64,000 nucleotides of DNA from contig OX597829.1 in NCBI GenBank assembly GCA_951406725.2, positions 49,290,001 to 49,354,000 on the forward strand, read 5' to 3'. A model generated the notes under the pieces. That model had not been told where the DNA came from and searched no databases. It saw only the letters and a program-made list of their open reading frames with translations. Source of the DNA: Octopus vulgaris. Its lineage: Eukaryota. The translations under genes and the position numbers were made by a program. This document shows positions 11,417-25,377 of this stretch, in pieces; within the stretch, counting starts at the first letter, position 1, and each line of letters starts with the position of its first letter.

Positions 11417-12135
11417 GTGTACTAGTTACTATTCTTGTTTTTTTATGGCACCAGCATTAGAGAAGTTGTCATTTCCTAGACAAGACTAAATAATTTTCTC
11501 CACCCTACACATTTACTGCATGCACTAAGATGCATTGTTTTGTTTCCCTTTTTTTTTTTGTGATACCTGCACTACTAGACAAATAGCCATGTCCCTTGTA
11601 ACAACAAAAGGCATTTCTCAACCCACATGTCATTCAGCACTTTCTATACACGAGTGACAGAGATTCTGTTTTGGATTCTGGAATGTGATTTTAGTCGGGA
11701 CCACCGTGTCTTGAAGCTAAAGCAATTACAGTGTGAAAGACTCGTTTTAGCCATTGAAAAAACACGTGTAATTGCATGTAATCGTTAACTTCTACTGCAG
11801 TGGAACTGTGGAAGTGACCAGGTTTCAGACATCATGAAGAAAATTTTGAAACCGAGTAATAACTGATTAAGGGAAGGTGACAGTTTCTGTGTGGTTTTGA
11901 ATGGCTAAAATGAATCTTCTATGCAGTAGCTATTACACACACACACATGTATATATCACTAATGTCTCTCACTATAATATATTTTACTTAAGTGATGCAC
12001 ATGCACACACACACATGCACACACATACATTCATATATGTGTGCACACACACACATACATTCATATATGTGTGCACACATACACACACTTGATGGTCCAA
12101 ATCAAATGACAAAGAAAGTTACTATTAATATATGA

Positions 12136-12517
12136 CTAGCAGTATCGCCCGGCGTTGCTCGGGTTTGTAAGGGAAATAACTATAAAGCATTTTTAGAGAG
12201 TTATAGCCAAAAAATAGCAAAAAAATGGAAAAAAAATTATGGTAAATTTTTTTAGAGTTAAAAAGGTCGAGTTGCGTCCCCTAGACAGTCTGTTGTTTGT
12301 GTTTCTGATTCTCGACCCCATGTCGAATTTATCGATTTTTTTCAGAACTGGGGGAACTTTTCAAAATTTTCGCTGCGTTAGTTTTGAATTATGACATTGG
12401 GCTATGTGTGTGTCAAGTTTCATCAGAATCGGTTGAAAGCCGTGGTCAGGGTGAGTGTACAACCTTACAGACACACAGACACGCAGACAGACAAACTGCC
12501 GTTTATATATAGAGAGA
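12136..12517 (-). mobile_element. Non-autonomous Helitron, subfamily 2
   Basis: Same 3' hairpin plus CTAG end; 5' TCTCTCTATATATAAAC; A|T target; 5' half differs from subfamily 1. Confidence 0.8.
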
Positions 12518-14705
12518 TTTATCTTAATGACTGTCATACAACAAATTGGATTTTGGTGAGAGACAGGAAAATATGAGAAATGCTTAAGCTATATACAAAC
12601 ATAAAAATTCATTTTTTTTTACTTATAATAATTTTTTAGGTAAACATGAAATGAAATGTGCTTTTAGACTTAACTATTTCCTCTCTTTTTTGAGAAACCT
12701 CGCTTCATGAAGCTTGTTGAATTTAGCTAAATTAATTATTTGTCTTGGGTTATGCCATGCTGAAGATTCCAAAAGAGTAATGGAATAGACGATATGTGAT
12801 TACTGTTGCCTAAAAACTTTAATAAAGATAAAAAATCAACTTTAGGAACTATATTTTATGAAGAAATAAAGACAAAAATTATAAAGAACTAAAAAGTAAA
12901 TACATTTATCAATGTAATAGAATTAAGCCTAAAAGAGATCATCTCTTCTTTGAAGGTGAATTCTCTACAGGCAAAACACATTTTTTATTCCTTTAACTAT
13001 AATAAATGAGAATATGCATATAAGTTTGTATGTAAATGTGTCTGTAAGTATGAATGTCTGTATGATGTGTGAAGGCAAATAATCTACATAGGTTCTATAT
13101 ATGGCTGAAGCGGGAAGACTAAAAATGGCTTGAAAGTCATAACATGCCAGCAGAAAATAAGATCACTAGGTGAGACAAGCTGATGCTGAAGTAGCTTCGC
13201 TGATTGACAGGTGACGGTCTCGTTTAGAGAATGCATGGGCTAAGACTACGCACCTTCATTGGTCAGTTAAAGTTGAGACAGTGTCACATGACAACTTGCT
13301 GGGGCTGCCTGCTGGAGCCTAGCAGCAGGTATTTAAAGGGAAATTTGGCAAGACAGTCAGTCGCCCGCTGACACTCGCTGACAATACATCGAAGAGGCCA
13401 CTGAACAGAAGAAAGAAGACATGCACCCAACACCAGAGCTGAAGACACTTCCGAAAGGGGGGCCCCGCCACTTCAAAACAGTAGAGGAGTAGGGACTGAA
13501 ACAGGATGTGGTTCCTCCTGATGATGTCTTTAGCTAACTGGATCCTATAAAGGAGCTGTTGTGGTAGCAGACCACGAAACATGGTTGAAATTCCTCCCAG
13601 AAACAGGGGTCACTGGGCATGCAAATAGAGCCCCTAAATCTTTTACTTTTTTGTTGGTGAGTGAGTGGCAATGAAAACACTGAACATTCTCCTGAAAAAC
13701 TGGGTTTGCACTGATAAGCAAATTTCATCCCCACACTTATGATAGCCTAGCCATTAGGGTGATACATTCACAATCATGAAGATTATGGTTTCAATTCTTG
13801 GATTGGGCAGTGCATTGGATTCTTGAACAAAACACTTAATATCATGTTGCACCACAATCATTTTGGCAACCAACACATGGCATACCATTTTCTGTCTTTC
13901 TCGAAAGGTTTCGAATAAACCTTTACTAGCAATGTCGGACAAAATGCTTAGCAACATTTCTTCCAGTTTTACATTCTGACAAAGGGATTAAGTCGATTAC
14001 ATCAACCCCAGTGCGTAACTGGTACTTAATGTCGAGAAAAAAAATGCTGCTAAGCATTTTATTCGACTCGCTAACGGTTCTGTCAGCTCTCTGCCTTAAT
14101 AGATTAGTGAATGCCAATTTGATGGATGGGAATGAGATTGTGTGCAACACAAGCATCACTAGAAAACAAATCATTTGTTCGAGTTGTCTAGCAACAAGTT
14201 GTGGAATCACCTTTCTCAGACTCCAGAGACTACCATTAAAAAAACAAACAAAAAATTATCTATGTGTGTGTGTGTGTATGTGTATATGTGTGCATGTGTG
14301 GCATGTTTTATATGTGCTGATAATACATCATTTGGAGACTGCTGCGAGATGTAAACACGAAAATAGCAGGATTTCCCCTGTGATCGACCAGTTTGAAACG
14401 CGGTTTACAACTTCATCTGCTGCAGCCCCTACCTCCCTATCTCTCTCTCTCTCTCTCCCCCTCCCTCTCCAGCCACTTAAATACTCAATGGAAACCTCTC
14501 TAAGTACTCTGGCGTTTTACATCAGCCATTAGTCACTTAGTCATTTCCATGGAGTAGTTTTTATCTATAAACAAATATTCATATGAATGGATTTCCCCAA
14601 AATTTCTTTTAGATTTTTTCTTTTCTTTTTTTAACAAACATTACCATTTTTCTCTTCCATTTTATAATATTGAATCAAGGAAGGGGTAGTACCTATTATC
14701 TATGC

Positions 14706-15798
14706 TAGTGATTCTCAACTGGAATCCTCCAAATGACCTTTGGGGGAGGAGGCAAGGTCTATATAAAGATTTTGTTGCTAAAATTTATGTGCAATAAATT
14801 GGTTATATTTTTACAATACTCAGACTATAAACACAGGCATTGCTGTGTGGTAAGAAGCTTGCAGCGAGCTGGCAGAATCGTTAGCACACCGGGCGAAATA
14901 ATTAGCAGTATTTCGTCCGCTGCTACGTTCTGAGTTCAAATCAGGCCAAAGTCAACTTTGCCTTTCATCCTTTCGGGGTCAATTAAATAAGTACAAGTTA
15001 TGCACTGGGGTCAATGTAATCGGCTTAATCCGTTTGTCTCTCCTTGTTTGTCATCTCTGTGTGTAGCCTCTTGTGGGCAGTAAAAAATAAGAAGCTTGCT
15101 TCCCAACCACAAGGTTCCAGGTTCAGTCCCATTGCATGACACCTTCTAATATAGTCTCGGGCTGATCAAAGCCTTGTGAGTGGATTTGGTAAATGGAAAC
15201 TGAAAGAAGCCCGTCATTCTCGCTCACCCTCTCTCACGTTTCTTGGTATTCTCTTTCTTTAATCTCTCTGCTTTCCTCTGTCATCTCCCTTGTACCTTTC
15301 CCTCTCTCTCTCTCTCTCTCTCTCTCACTTTCTCTCTAGTTCCTTCCCTAATTCTTCAATCCCTCTGCTCCCCCCATATGACCAGTGCTTGGCCAAGTAT
15401 GATCTTTCTTTCTTGGCCTGACCACAGCTCGCACGACACCTTATTTTCCTGTCTCCTGATTTTCATCTTGTTGCCACAAGGCTTCCACTTCACACGTCAG
15501 ATTAACTTAACTTGTCCTTTTAGTCGAAAGACACCTGTTGTTATTCTTGTTCCCTGTATTTGTAATATAAGTACTAGGCTTAAAAAACATAAATCCTGGG
15601 GTCGATTTGTTCTACTAAAACCCCCACTATGTGGTGCTCCAGTATGGCTGCAGTCAAATGACTGAAACAGGTAAAGGAATAAAAGAATCCCTATCAATAT
15701 TTAATTACAAAAATATTAATAAGAATTTTTTTTGAACATGGAATGGCTATAAGGGAATCAAAGGGAGTCCATGAGTAAAAAATGGTCAGGAACCACTA
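14706..15798. mobile_element. hAT (Charlie-like) MITE containing nested SINEs
   Basis: TIRs TAGTGATTCTCAAC / GGTCAGGAACCACTA; 8-bp TSD ATCTATGC at 14698-14705 and 15799-15806. Confidence 0.75.
14862..15090 (+). mobile_element. SINE family B inserted into a family A head
   Basis: Consensus match; TSD TAAGAAGCTTGC at 14851-14862 and 15088-15099. Confidence 0.85.
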
Positions 15799-16537
15799 AT
15801 CTATGCAGAACCCTTCTAGACAGCTTCTATCAATGCAACTCCTTTTCATTAGCCAGATGTCTTACCTGTAGGGTGGGGGGAGATCACTGGAATGTATAGG
15901 AAAATATGCTAGCAAGTAGATCATAGATTTCGTCACGGTGTAACCATTTTGTCATAATTAATACATATAGATTCATTTCATAGCATCATCATCATCATGA
16001 TTCAGCATCTGCTTCCCATGCTGGCATATGGGTTAGATGGTTTCACTTCCAATCTGATCTGGCATGATTTCTACAGCTGGATGCTCTTCCTAACACCAAC
16101 CATTCCAAGAGTGTAGTGGGTGCTTTTTACGTGCCACTGGCACAGTTGCCAGTTATATGACTCTGGCTTGACGAGTCTTCTCAAGCACAACATAGATATA
16201 AAGCCAAATCTTTGTAGAAGAGCTGAGTAAAGACAATGCAACTGGTTTCTAGTGTTGTTGCCGCAGTTAATTTTAACGGTGTTATTCTTCTTCTTACCAT
16301 TCTCATTGGAGCTGGCAGAATCATTAGTTAGCTGGACAAAATGCTTAGTTACATTTCTAAGTTCAAATCCCAATAATGTCAACTTTGCTTTTCATCTCTT
16401 TGGTGGTGGTGGAGGGGGATCAATAAAATAAAGTACCAGTCATGAACTGGGGTAGATGCAATTAACTTAACCCCTTCTAAAATTCCTAGCTTTGTGTCAT
16501 AATTGAAAAACCATTATTGTTGATTTTGTTGTTGTTA

Positions 16538-17013
16538 CAAGCTTCGAAACAATTGTGGAAAGCCAATTGGAAAAGCCTGTTTTGACTCTTCTTTTTTCAG
16601 TTTCTGAACATCAAATTTCACCCGTGGGTTTGCCTGTCTTCTCCTTGTTGAAAGCTTCTCCTTGAGTTTCGCTATCACCAAGTGGTATATCCTCCATCTG
16701 AAGTGGTTTGACAGAGTGCCAAACACTGACATGTGGGAAAGGGCCAACCAGGAGACAAAGGAAATGGAGATGGATCGGACACACACACTGTGGAAAGAAC
16801 CCTCAAATGTGACACGACAAGCACTTGACTGGAACTCGTAGGGGAAAAGGAAGCGAGGATGCCCGAAGCAGACATGGAAGCGGAGTATTTTGGACGAGCT
16901 CAGGACCACCGGCCTGACATGGGAAGCAGCCAAGAAACACGCCAATCAATGACCGCAAAAAGTGGAAAACAACTGTTGAGGCCTTATGCCCCACAAGGGG
17001 CAAAAAGGATTAA
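16538..17013 (+). mobile_element. RTE LINE copy with an inverted 5' segment
   Basis: 16686-17013 (+) reads YILHLKWFDRVPNTDMWERANQ...RWIGHTL...TRQALDWN..GKRKRGCPKQTW. 16538-16686 (-) reads HLVIAKLKEKL...KFDVQKLK, the APE-RT linker. Confidence 0.75.
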
Positions 17014-18681
17014 TAAGAAGAAGACATGCTCAGTGGTATTTCATTCAACTTTAAGTTTTGAGTTCGAATTCCATCAAAGTTGACTTTACTTGTCATCCTT
17101 TCAGGGTCTATCCTCTCTCTTGGAATTCCTGGCCTTGTAGTAAAATTTGAAATTATTTTTATTATCATCATTATCATTTAAGGTGGTGCTACAGCATGGT
17201 CACAGTCAACTCACTGAAACAAGTAAAAGATTAAAAAATTATTAATATTATTAAGGTGGTAAGCTGACAGAATTGTTAGCACACCCGGTGATATCCTTAG
17301 CGGCCTTTCGTCCGTCCTTACGTTCTGAGTTCAAATTCCACCAAGGTCAACTTTGCTGTTCATCCTTTCAGGGTCAATAAATTAAGTACCAGTGAAATTG
17401 ATGTAACCGACTAGTTCCCTCCCCACAAATTTCAGACCTTGGGCCTTTTGTAGAAAGGATTATTATTATTATAGAGGTGAGGTGGTAGAATCATTAGGAC
17501 ATGTTTAGTAGCATTTTGTCCATTTCTATGTTCTAAGTTCAAATTCAACCGAGGTCGACTTTGCCTTTCGTTGTTTCAGAGTTGACAAATTCAGCACCAA
17601 TCAAGTACTGGGGTTATTGTCTTTGACTAGCCCCTTCTCCAATAATTTAAGGCCTTGTTCTTATAGCAGAAAGGATCATCCTTATCATTATTATCATCAT
17701 CACCTTCATCTTTATTCTTCTCCTCTTCGTTTTCTTTCTTCTTAATTTCATTCTTCAGCTCTCCCTGTCAGGTCTGATAGAACAGGCAAGTGGTCTATTC
17801 TTAAAAGAATTCTTGCCAGCCACAGCCACTTTGAATTTCTGTTGTTGATCACATAACTTCCTTTTTACGGCATCAGGATTTTATTAAGCGGTTTGGCTGC
17901 TATTTCTAGTCGGGGCTGCAAGACTTCCATAGAAGCTGCTTTAATGATTCTTTTGCTTTGTTGGCTGGTATTTGATTTATCAAATCTTGAAAGAGTTGAA
18001 ATGCAAAGTTAATAACCCTTTCTAACAAGAGAGCGAGAGAAAGAGGAAAGAAAGTAAGAGAAAGAAAGATATAGCGCTGAGGAGAGAGAACTGTTTATTT
18101 CTGATGTGTATATATGGACCAGTCGACTCCCCCATCCCTGCCCTACAATCATAATGATGATAATGACAACATTTCCTTTAAAAGTGTCACGCACCCATTC
18201 GAACATTAACTGGCTTCAATTATGTACTCAATCTTCATCTTAATACTAAATGTCCATTCGAAACCAGACATGCAACGCAAACAAAAGTGAATGTATAGAG
18301 TTACGGACAACAATATTCTTAGACACTGGATCTTGATTACACATACAATTAAATCAGGAGCTGCAAAATTATTAAATTATATGACTATTATCCAAACAAG
18401 TGAAGATGAAATTCAAATAACCAAGATTAGAATTACTTTATTTGATTAGCAAAAACTAATTAATATGCTAAAGTAGTCAACAACAAGAACTAGCAACACA
18501 CTTGCGATGTGGAAATGAATTAGTGTGAAAGTAAATTTATTAATGGAATAAATTTCAAACACAACCCTCTTCATACAAAGTTGATGGGAATTAGATGGGA
18601 AATCCACAAATTCAATGGCCACCCACACAAAAGAAGCGTTTTGCAGCTTTAAAGCAGTTTGTCATTTTTTAAATAATATGA

Positions 18682-19225
18682 AGTACCAAGCTTCCATGGC
18701 TTCTGATCTTAGCTGATTGGAAGTGTTATCATGTACATTGTTTTGTCTAATAAGATGGCCTACAGTAAATATTCTGCTCAATACCACAGATTTGCTTGTC
18801 AGTTGTTTGACCTTAACCAGTTGAGCAAGCCCCTTGGTGGCTGACGATATGTGCATCTCTGATCACGAGCAGAAGTAGTGTGGTGGTGGTGGTGGGGCAT
18901 CATAGCCATGTGTTGAGAGGGATTCTTTGGGGTTTGAATAATTCACCGCTGGAAACAAGGTGTTTTGTTCAAAATCCTTAAATAACCCTTATTCAGGGAC
19001 CTTTTGAGCAGGATGGGCATCTCAACCTGAAGGAAAATTCTAACTGATCCCCGTCTGCAAGGTCATGTGCTGTTTGTCTTGATATGAGATCACCATGTCA
19101 CGCACATATGGTTGTGATGCATGTGCCTGGTGTGCCCACATTAGATGAGTTGTCATGATGGGTATATTGGGTTTTGTATATTTGTACCCCAGTATCACTC
19201 TGATGGCCTGCATTGCTTTTTCATT
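18682..19225 (+). mobile_element. Second copy of the ~540-bp (TAA)n-associated element
   Basis: Reverse complement of 9004-9541; ends in TAATAATAA. Confidence 0.8.
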
Positions 19226-19479
19226 TAATAATAATAACGGTTTCAAATTTTTGCACAAGTCTAGCAATTTTAGGGGAGAGGGTAAGCCAGTTACATCGAC
19301 CCTAGTATTTGAGTAATACTTAATTTATTGCTCTTGCAAAGGATGCTGGCCAAAAATAATGCCACTAAGCAGTTTTACCTAGCATGGTTACGATTCTCCC
19401 AGCACACCACCTTAATATTAATATTTATGATAATAATGATAATGATAATTATAATAATAATGACAATAATAATAATAAC

Positions 19480-20000
19480 TATGGACTTGACAGAGCAAAA
19501 TAGTGATATGAAAATAAACCCGAAGGCATCATCGAAAATGATAATGCAAAGATCCTATGGGATTTTATGATTCAGTGCGACCCATTAGATAAAGAATAGG
19601 AAAACTAGACATACTGTTAATTGAGAATGACTGCAAATGATGCTGGGTTATAGATATAGCATACCCAGCTGACAACAAAGGTATGCGATAAAGAAGAAAG
19701 AAAAGTCAATATATGTGACAGGTTAGCTTGGGAGGTTAAGCAGTTGTGGTCGATGAAAAAGGTGGTGGTAGTACCAATAATTGTTGGAGTCCTGGGAACA
19801 GTGAGTAAAAATCTTGAGAAGTACATGGACCAAATATGGGCTGCAATAAGGGTGGAGCACTTGCAGAAAACAGCACTGCTTGGACCTGCTCGAATGCTCT
19901 GGATAGTGCTCGAAAAATAAGGGGTGTTACCTTATTTCATTGGTAGTAAACAGCTGGCACCATAGTATATCTTTAGTGTTAGAAGATGTGCAAAGACAAT
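19480..20000 (+). mobile_element. R4/Dong LINE 3' fragment (RLE domain), family 2
   Basis: YENKPEGIIENDNAKILWDFMIQCD...IDIAYPAD...LAWEVKQLWSMKKVVVVPIIVGVLGTV...LQKTALLG, with frameshifts; flanked by TAA/TGA repeats. Confidence 0.8.
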
Positions 20001-20694
20001 AAATGATGATAATGATAATCTTTTCTACTCTAGGCCCAAGTCCCAAAATTTTGGGGAAGGGGCCAGTCGATTAGATCGACCCCAATACACAACTGGTGCT
20101 TATTTTATCAACTCCAAAAGATGAAAGGCAAATTAGATCATGGCAGAATTTGTTTGAACTCAGAATATGAAGACAGATGAAATACTGCTACACATTCCAC
20201 CTGGCATAGTTTGTCCTAATGAGTTCTTCCCACATCCTAAGTAAAACTCTGTCAACTTGAAAATACCGAATTCTCTTAAAATTATTATAAATTAAGCAGA
20301 ATCTTAGTCCATAGATTTTGAACTCCTTTCTCAAGAACATATGAATGATAATCATAAATAATACCAATTATAAAATGTCCAACTTGCTGATGAGACTTGG
20401 AACAGTTCATGAATTAAACAATTTTCTTTTATTATATATGGGTAATGTATATTATATCAAACTTGGGTGAGGACGAAAGTGAGTGGAAATATTATAGTAT
20501 CAATAAAACACCTTCTTGTCTAGGTTTCTGCTCTGTGATCAAATTCTGCAAAGTGATTAGACTTGGAACAGCTCATATAAAACAAAGCAACAACAATGTA
20601 AACAGAAATAATGATAATAATTCTTATTCTCTATCACAACCCTGTAATATTTACAGAATTTAATGAGACTTCCTAATAAAGACTAACTATACAA

Positions 20695-21020
20695 ACAGAG
20701 CAAAGAGACCGGATAGAGGAACAAAATGGGAAAACAGTGTAAGATGATAGATTTGGCACTATCCGTATGATAACAAAGAGGAGACCCAAAAGAACTGAAA
20801 GAATTGAGAAATATCAGGTTCTAGCTGGAGAGATGAAGAAATTGGGCAAAACTAAAAGAACAGAGTGATTCTTGTGGTAATTGGTGCTCTTGGCACAACA
20901 GAACCAGGATTGCTGCCTAAGACAATGAAAGACACCAGAACTGAGACTCACTTTGTCAACCTGCAGAAAATTGTTGCCCTGTATTCTGCAAGAATCCTAT
21001 GAAAGATTCTTGAGATTTCA
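20695..21020 (+). mobile_element. R4/Dong LINE 3' fragment, family 3
   Basis: RAKRPD...CKMIDLA.PYD...IEKYQVLAGEMKKL...VVIGALGT...LQKIVALYSARIL; decayed. Confidence 0.7.
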
Positions 21021-21099
21021 GGAGACTTGTTGCCATTAAATCCCAAAGCAACATCCTTGCCAATTAAATTAGCATTTGCTTCTTCCACATAAGAACATT

Positions 21100-22085
21100 A
21101 CCTTCTTTGATAATCTTCATATTAATCCATTGCACCTCTTGTGTGTCCATAGCTAACACTGGGAACACCATTTGGAGTTCCTGCCTACATCTTTCCTACA
21201 ACTCAAAAAGGACCACCTACTTGAAGGGAGTAGGACCCTATCAGTTCTCTTGCTTACTAGAACCCAAGTCTTTGCCAAGTTAGCCTTAAGCCCTTCAGTT
21301 CTAGATTTTACTTCCATACCAGGAATTTCTCTTTTTGCTCTGGTATGGAATCTGCTATGAGGGCAAGATCATCAGGATATAGTAGTTCTCAGAGGCTGCC
21401 AATCTTGAATTCCTCTGTTAAGGCCTGGAAGACAGCGATGAAAAGGAGGGGACTAAAGACTGGGACTTCTACACCAAAGTTTTTACTGTACTCTCACCTT
21501 ACTGATTGTCTTTGTATATGACTTGTACAGCTTTCACCAGCCACTCTTCTATCCCTGGCCTCCTCTGAGCCCACAGCAGGGTACTCAATCAAAGGCTTTC
21601 TCTAGATCACTAAATGTCAAGTATTATGGTTTATTCTTAGCTAAGAACTTCTCTTGCAATTGTCTAACAATGAAAATAGTGTCAGTAGTGCTTCTTCCCT
21701 GGATGAAGCCAAACTGAATTTCATCTAGCCTAATTCTGCCCCTAATTAATTGGGTTATAACTCTCTTCATAATTTTCATCACCTGGTCCAGGGTTTGATG
21801 CCTCTATCATTGCTTCTATCTAAAGCATCACCCTTGAAGTAGCTAACAATAATACTGCTATGCCAGTCACTGTGTATTACATCTTCCTGAATGACCTGAT
21901 TGACTCTGCGGTTGACTGACCTGTATCCTACCTTACCAGATATTTTGAGCATCTCAGCTGTAATTTCAGATGGGTCAGGGATTTCCGGTTTTCATATCTT
22001 TAATTGGCTTATCTACTATACTGTTATCTGCTAGAATAGCTGGTCCCTCTGTTGGGTTCACATGAGGGAGACTTTCCTTGTCCCA
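21100..22085 (-). mobile_element. RTE-like LINE reverse transcriptase remnant
   Basis: QFGFIQGRSTTDTIFIVRQLQEKFLAK...DLEKAFD...SPLLFIAV...ELLYPDDLALIA...GLKANLAKT, followed by a Cys-rich segment; contains stops and frameshifts. Confidence 0.85.
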
Positions 22086-22623
22086 TAGCAAACTTTCCAC
22101 ATCTCTTTCTTGTCCACATCACTTTGTGTGTGTGTGTGCACGTATGAGTCTGTATGTGTCTGTGCATTTGTGTGTGAGCTCTGTGTATAAGAGAGAGAGA
22201 GTAGGTGTATATTTGTCTTATCTTTGCATGTCATTGCCCAGTAGGGCAATGACAAAGTTTATACACAACAGAGACTTAATGTAGAGCTTAATGGTTTGTA
22301 CAAAGTTGTGAAATAAAAGCACCTTGCTAGGAAACAAATAAGGGATTGGTATTTTCTGGTGGTTAAATACTGGTCTCGCTTGGCAAAATCATGTCAAACC
22401 CATAATAAACATGAACAAAACAGATGTAAAACTCAATGAAACATATATTCAGAATTATTTCTCAAACTTAGGACTTAGCTTAATGATCCCTAGGACTCAA
22501 AAGGCCAGAGTTTAGCCCAGTTTCTAAGGCATATAAGGGACTGGGATTACAACACACCCCCATCAAAAAGGACACTGGTCTGCCACAGGGTTAACTTTCC
22601 AGCAGTCTCTGGAATTAATTTCT

Positions 22624-22955
22624 GAGGTTGGCAAAAAAGTTCATAGGCCAACCAAGATACTCTCATTAGAATGCAACCTAATGAGGTTTATTTTTTCATC
22701 ATAGCCCCCCCCACCCTTGCGATCCACACATTTTTTTACAACAGGGTTGCTACTGGATGCTTGGATGCTATCGGTGAAGAATCTTTCATCCTGTTGGTCA
22801 AAAAAGTCAGCAGCAGCAGATTTGATGCCATCATCACTTCAATACTGGTTCCCAGCCAAATGTGTTTTTGGGGTCGGGGAATAGATGATAATCAGATGGG
22901 GCTAAATCAGGAGAAGAGGGAAACTGATCGACCAGTTTGGATTCACAGTCATGTA
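22624..22955 (-). mobile_element. mariner transposase C-terminal remnant
   Basis: PSSPDLAPSDYHLF, the mariner SPDLAP.DY motif, in ORF 22834-23034. Confidence 0.8.
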
Positions 22956-23147
22956 TAGCTGAGTGGACAGGCCCAGTGTATAAAGAAAAGTTTTGTTCAA
23001 GACCTGGAAGTTGAAACCAGGATCTTACAATCATGAGTGAAACAATTTGACCACTGGGGCAAGTGATTTTCCAATTTGTAGAAAGATCAAAACAAAAAAA
23101 AAAGAAAAAGAAAAGAAATATTATAAGAACAATAATGATGATGATGA

Positions 23148-23468
23148 TAATTGTTTTCTAGAACAATACTATGTACAAAACCAAATATATGACACCCTAG
23201 GCATAACACCAACACAAACTTCTAACTTGTCTCTTGAGGTCTCTGTTTGAGAATTGGATTCAACTTGTACAAATACAAAGCAAAAGTCAAACATAATAAT
23301 AATAATAATTGTTCTCTAGAACAATACTTCATACAAAATCAAATAGATGACACCCTAGGCAGAATACCAACTTGAACTTCTAACTTGTTGTCTCTTGAGG
23401 TCTCTGGATGAGACTTGGAGTCGACTTGTACAAATGAAAAGCAAAAGTCAGACAAATGATAATAATAA
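23148..23468 (+). repeat. Tandem pair of ~160-bp units each ending in (TAA)n; probable R4/Dong 3' UTRs
   Basis: AATTGTT.TCTAGAACAATAC...GCAAAAGTCA.ACA occurs twice. Confidence 0.6.
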
Positions 23469-24020
23469 GAGTCAACAATTTGGTTCATGCTAATAATTCT
23501 CTGTTACTGCTTAATTTTTTTTCAATTAGCTTTCTGTCATAATTAATGGAGGTTAATTAGAGCTGCCTGGTAATTCATTAAATCTGCCTAGTATTTTAAA
23601 TAGCGAGAAATTAATTATTAATCATACATAATTGTTGTATGAAAATACCTCTAAAGAAAGTGGAGTGGTTGTGAAATATAGGAGGAAAAAGTATAAAGAA
23701 TTAGTAAGTACATTTTATTTTTTCAGTGTCTGATTCCATTCCTGATACAGACCAACTTGCCAAATAAATTTCTTTGAACTCCAATGATTATCTTAAAGAT
23801 TATCTCAAAGTGGCATGGCTGTGTGGTAAGACGTTAACTTCCTGACCACATGGATCCAGGTTCAGTCCCACTGCATGGCAGCTTGGACAAGTATTTCCTA
23901 CTATAATCAGTCAAGCTAGACCTTGTGAGTGGATTTGGCAGGCAGAAACTAAAAAAGCCCATTCTGTGTGTGTGTGCGTACCGCATGTTACTGGATGCCA
24001 TTAATTGGAATTTTACTCTT

Positions 24021-24249
24021 TACAAGAGGGTGCTAAAAAGTTCCTGGTTTTAAGGGTATCGGAAAAGGCCTGGCTGGAGGCCCAATGTTCCAAGCTCTTT
24101 TACAGGGCTTAGAAAAACTGAATGACCACTGCAATAAGAGTGTTTTATCTGAGAAGGGGAATATGATGAATAAAATTATAATTAAGTGATCCTCCTGTAT
24201 TTTCTTTTACCCAAAGATAGGAACTTTTCAGCACCTCAGATGGATGGAT

Positions 24250-24296
<47 letters not shown>

Positions 24297-25086
24297 ATCA
24301 TAATCATCGTCGACGTCATCGTTGTTTAACTCATGCTGGCATGGGTTGGACAGTTTGACTGAGGGCTGGCAAACCAGAAGGCTGTACCACGCTCCACTCT
24401 GATCTGCCAAAGTTTCCTAATGCCAAGCACTCCAAGAGTGTAGTGAGTGCTTTTTACATGCCATTGGCACATGCATATATATATATATATATATATGCAT
24501 ATTTGACCCAGGACATCACCAACTGTAAACAACACGAAGTACGAAAACAAGCGAGTCAAATACGCAAATAAGAGAAAAAGAAATTGAAAACAGGACAAGT
24601 AACACAAAGAACGACCCTTCATCAGTTGTTGGCTGTCTATCTACTCCTTATTGTGCCAAAAAATTCCTGGATTTAAGGGTATCATGAAAGGTTTAGTTGG
24701 ACACCTAACCTTCCAAGTTGTTTTACAAGGCTTAGGAAAACTAAAGGACAGCTACAATAAGTGTGTGAATCCGAAAGGGGAAGATGTTGAATAAAATCAT
24801 AATTAACTGATCCTCCTGTATTTTCTTTTACCCAAAGACAGGAACTTTCCTGCATCCCTCATATGTATATATAAAATATATATATGAGGGAGCTTTAAGG
24901 GTGTTGCAAAATGCCTGGTTAAAGGCCCAAACTTTCGTGTTCTTTTCCAGGGCTTAGAAAAACTGAAGGACCACTGTCAATTAGTGTGTGAATCTGAGAG
25001 GGGAATATGTTGAATAAAATCATAATTAATTGATCCTCCTCTATTTTCTCTTATCTAAAACAAAGAACATTTCAGCACCACCTCAT
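24021..25086 (+). mobile_element. Three copies of a ~200-bp mariner-derived MITE
   Basis: Copies at ~24021-24237, 24652-24862 and 24885-25086; TIR GAGGGTGCTAAAAAGTTCCTGG / AGGAACTTTTCAGCACCTC; internal mariner C-terminus (QGLEKL...CVNLRGEYVE*). Confidence 0.75.
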
Positions 25087-25377
25087 AGTGTCATGCATCC
25101 TATCTGAGAATAACTTCCTCTATGGAGAAATTAAGGTAACGAGCTGATCAAAGTCTTTGTTTACTGCGAAAAATACTTAATAGCGTTTCATTCTATCTTA
25201 CATTCTTATGTTCAATTATTGCTGAGGTCAACTTTACTTTTATTTTGTGGGTAGGTATATTAAGTACCAGTTAAATCCTGGGGGTCAATCTATATGGCTT
25301 ACCCACTTCCTCCAAATTTCTGACTTTGTGCTAAAATACAAAACCAGGGTGGCGAAGTGGAAAAATCGTTAGCACTA

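Noticed and set aside
24490-24650. CTGATGAAGGG on minus as another hammerhead
   Set aside because: No GAAA half or stem II follows; it is at most a truncated relative of the (AT)n-associated elements.
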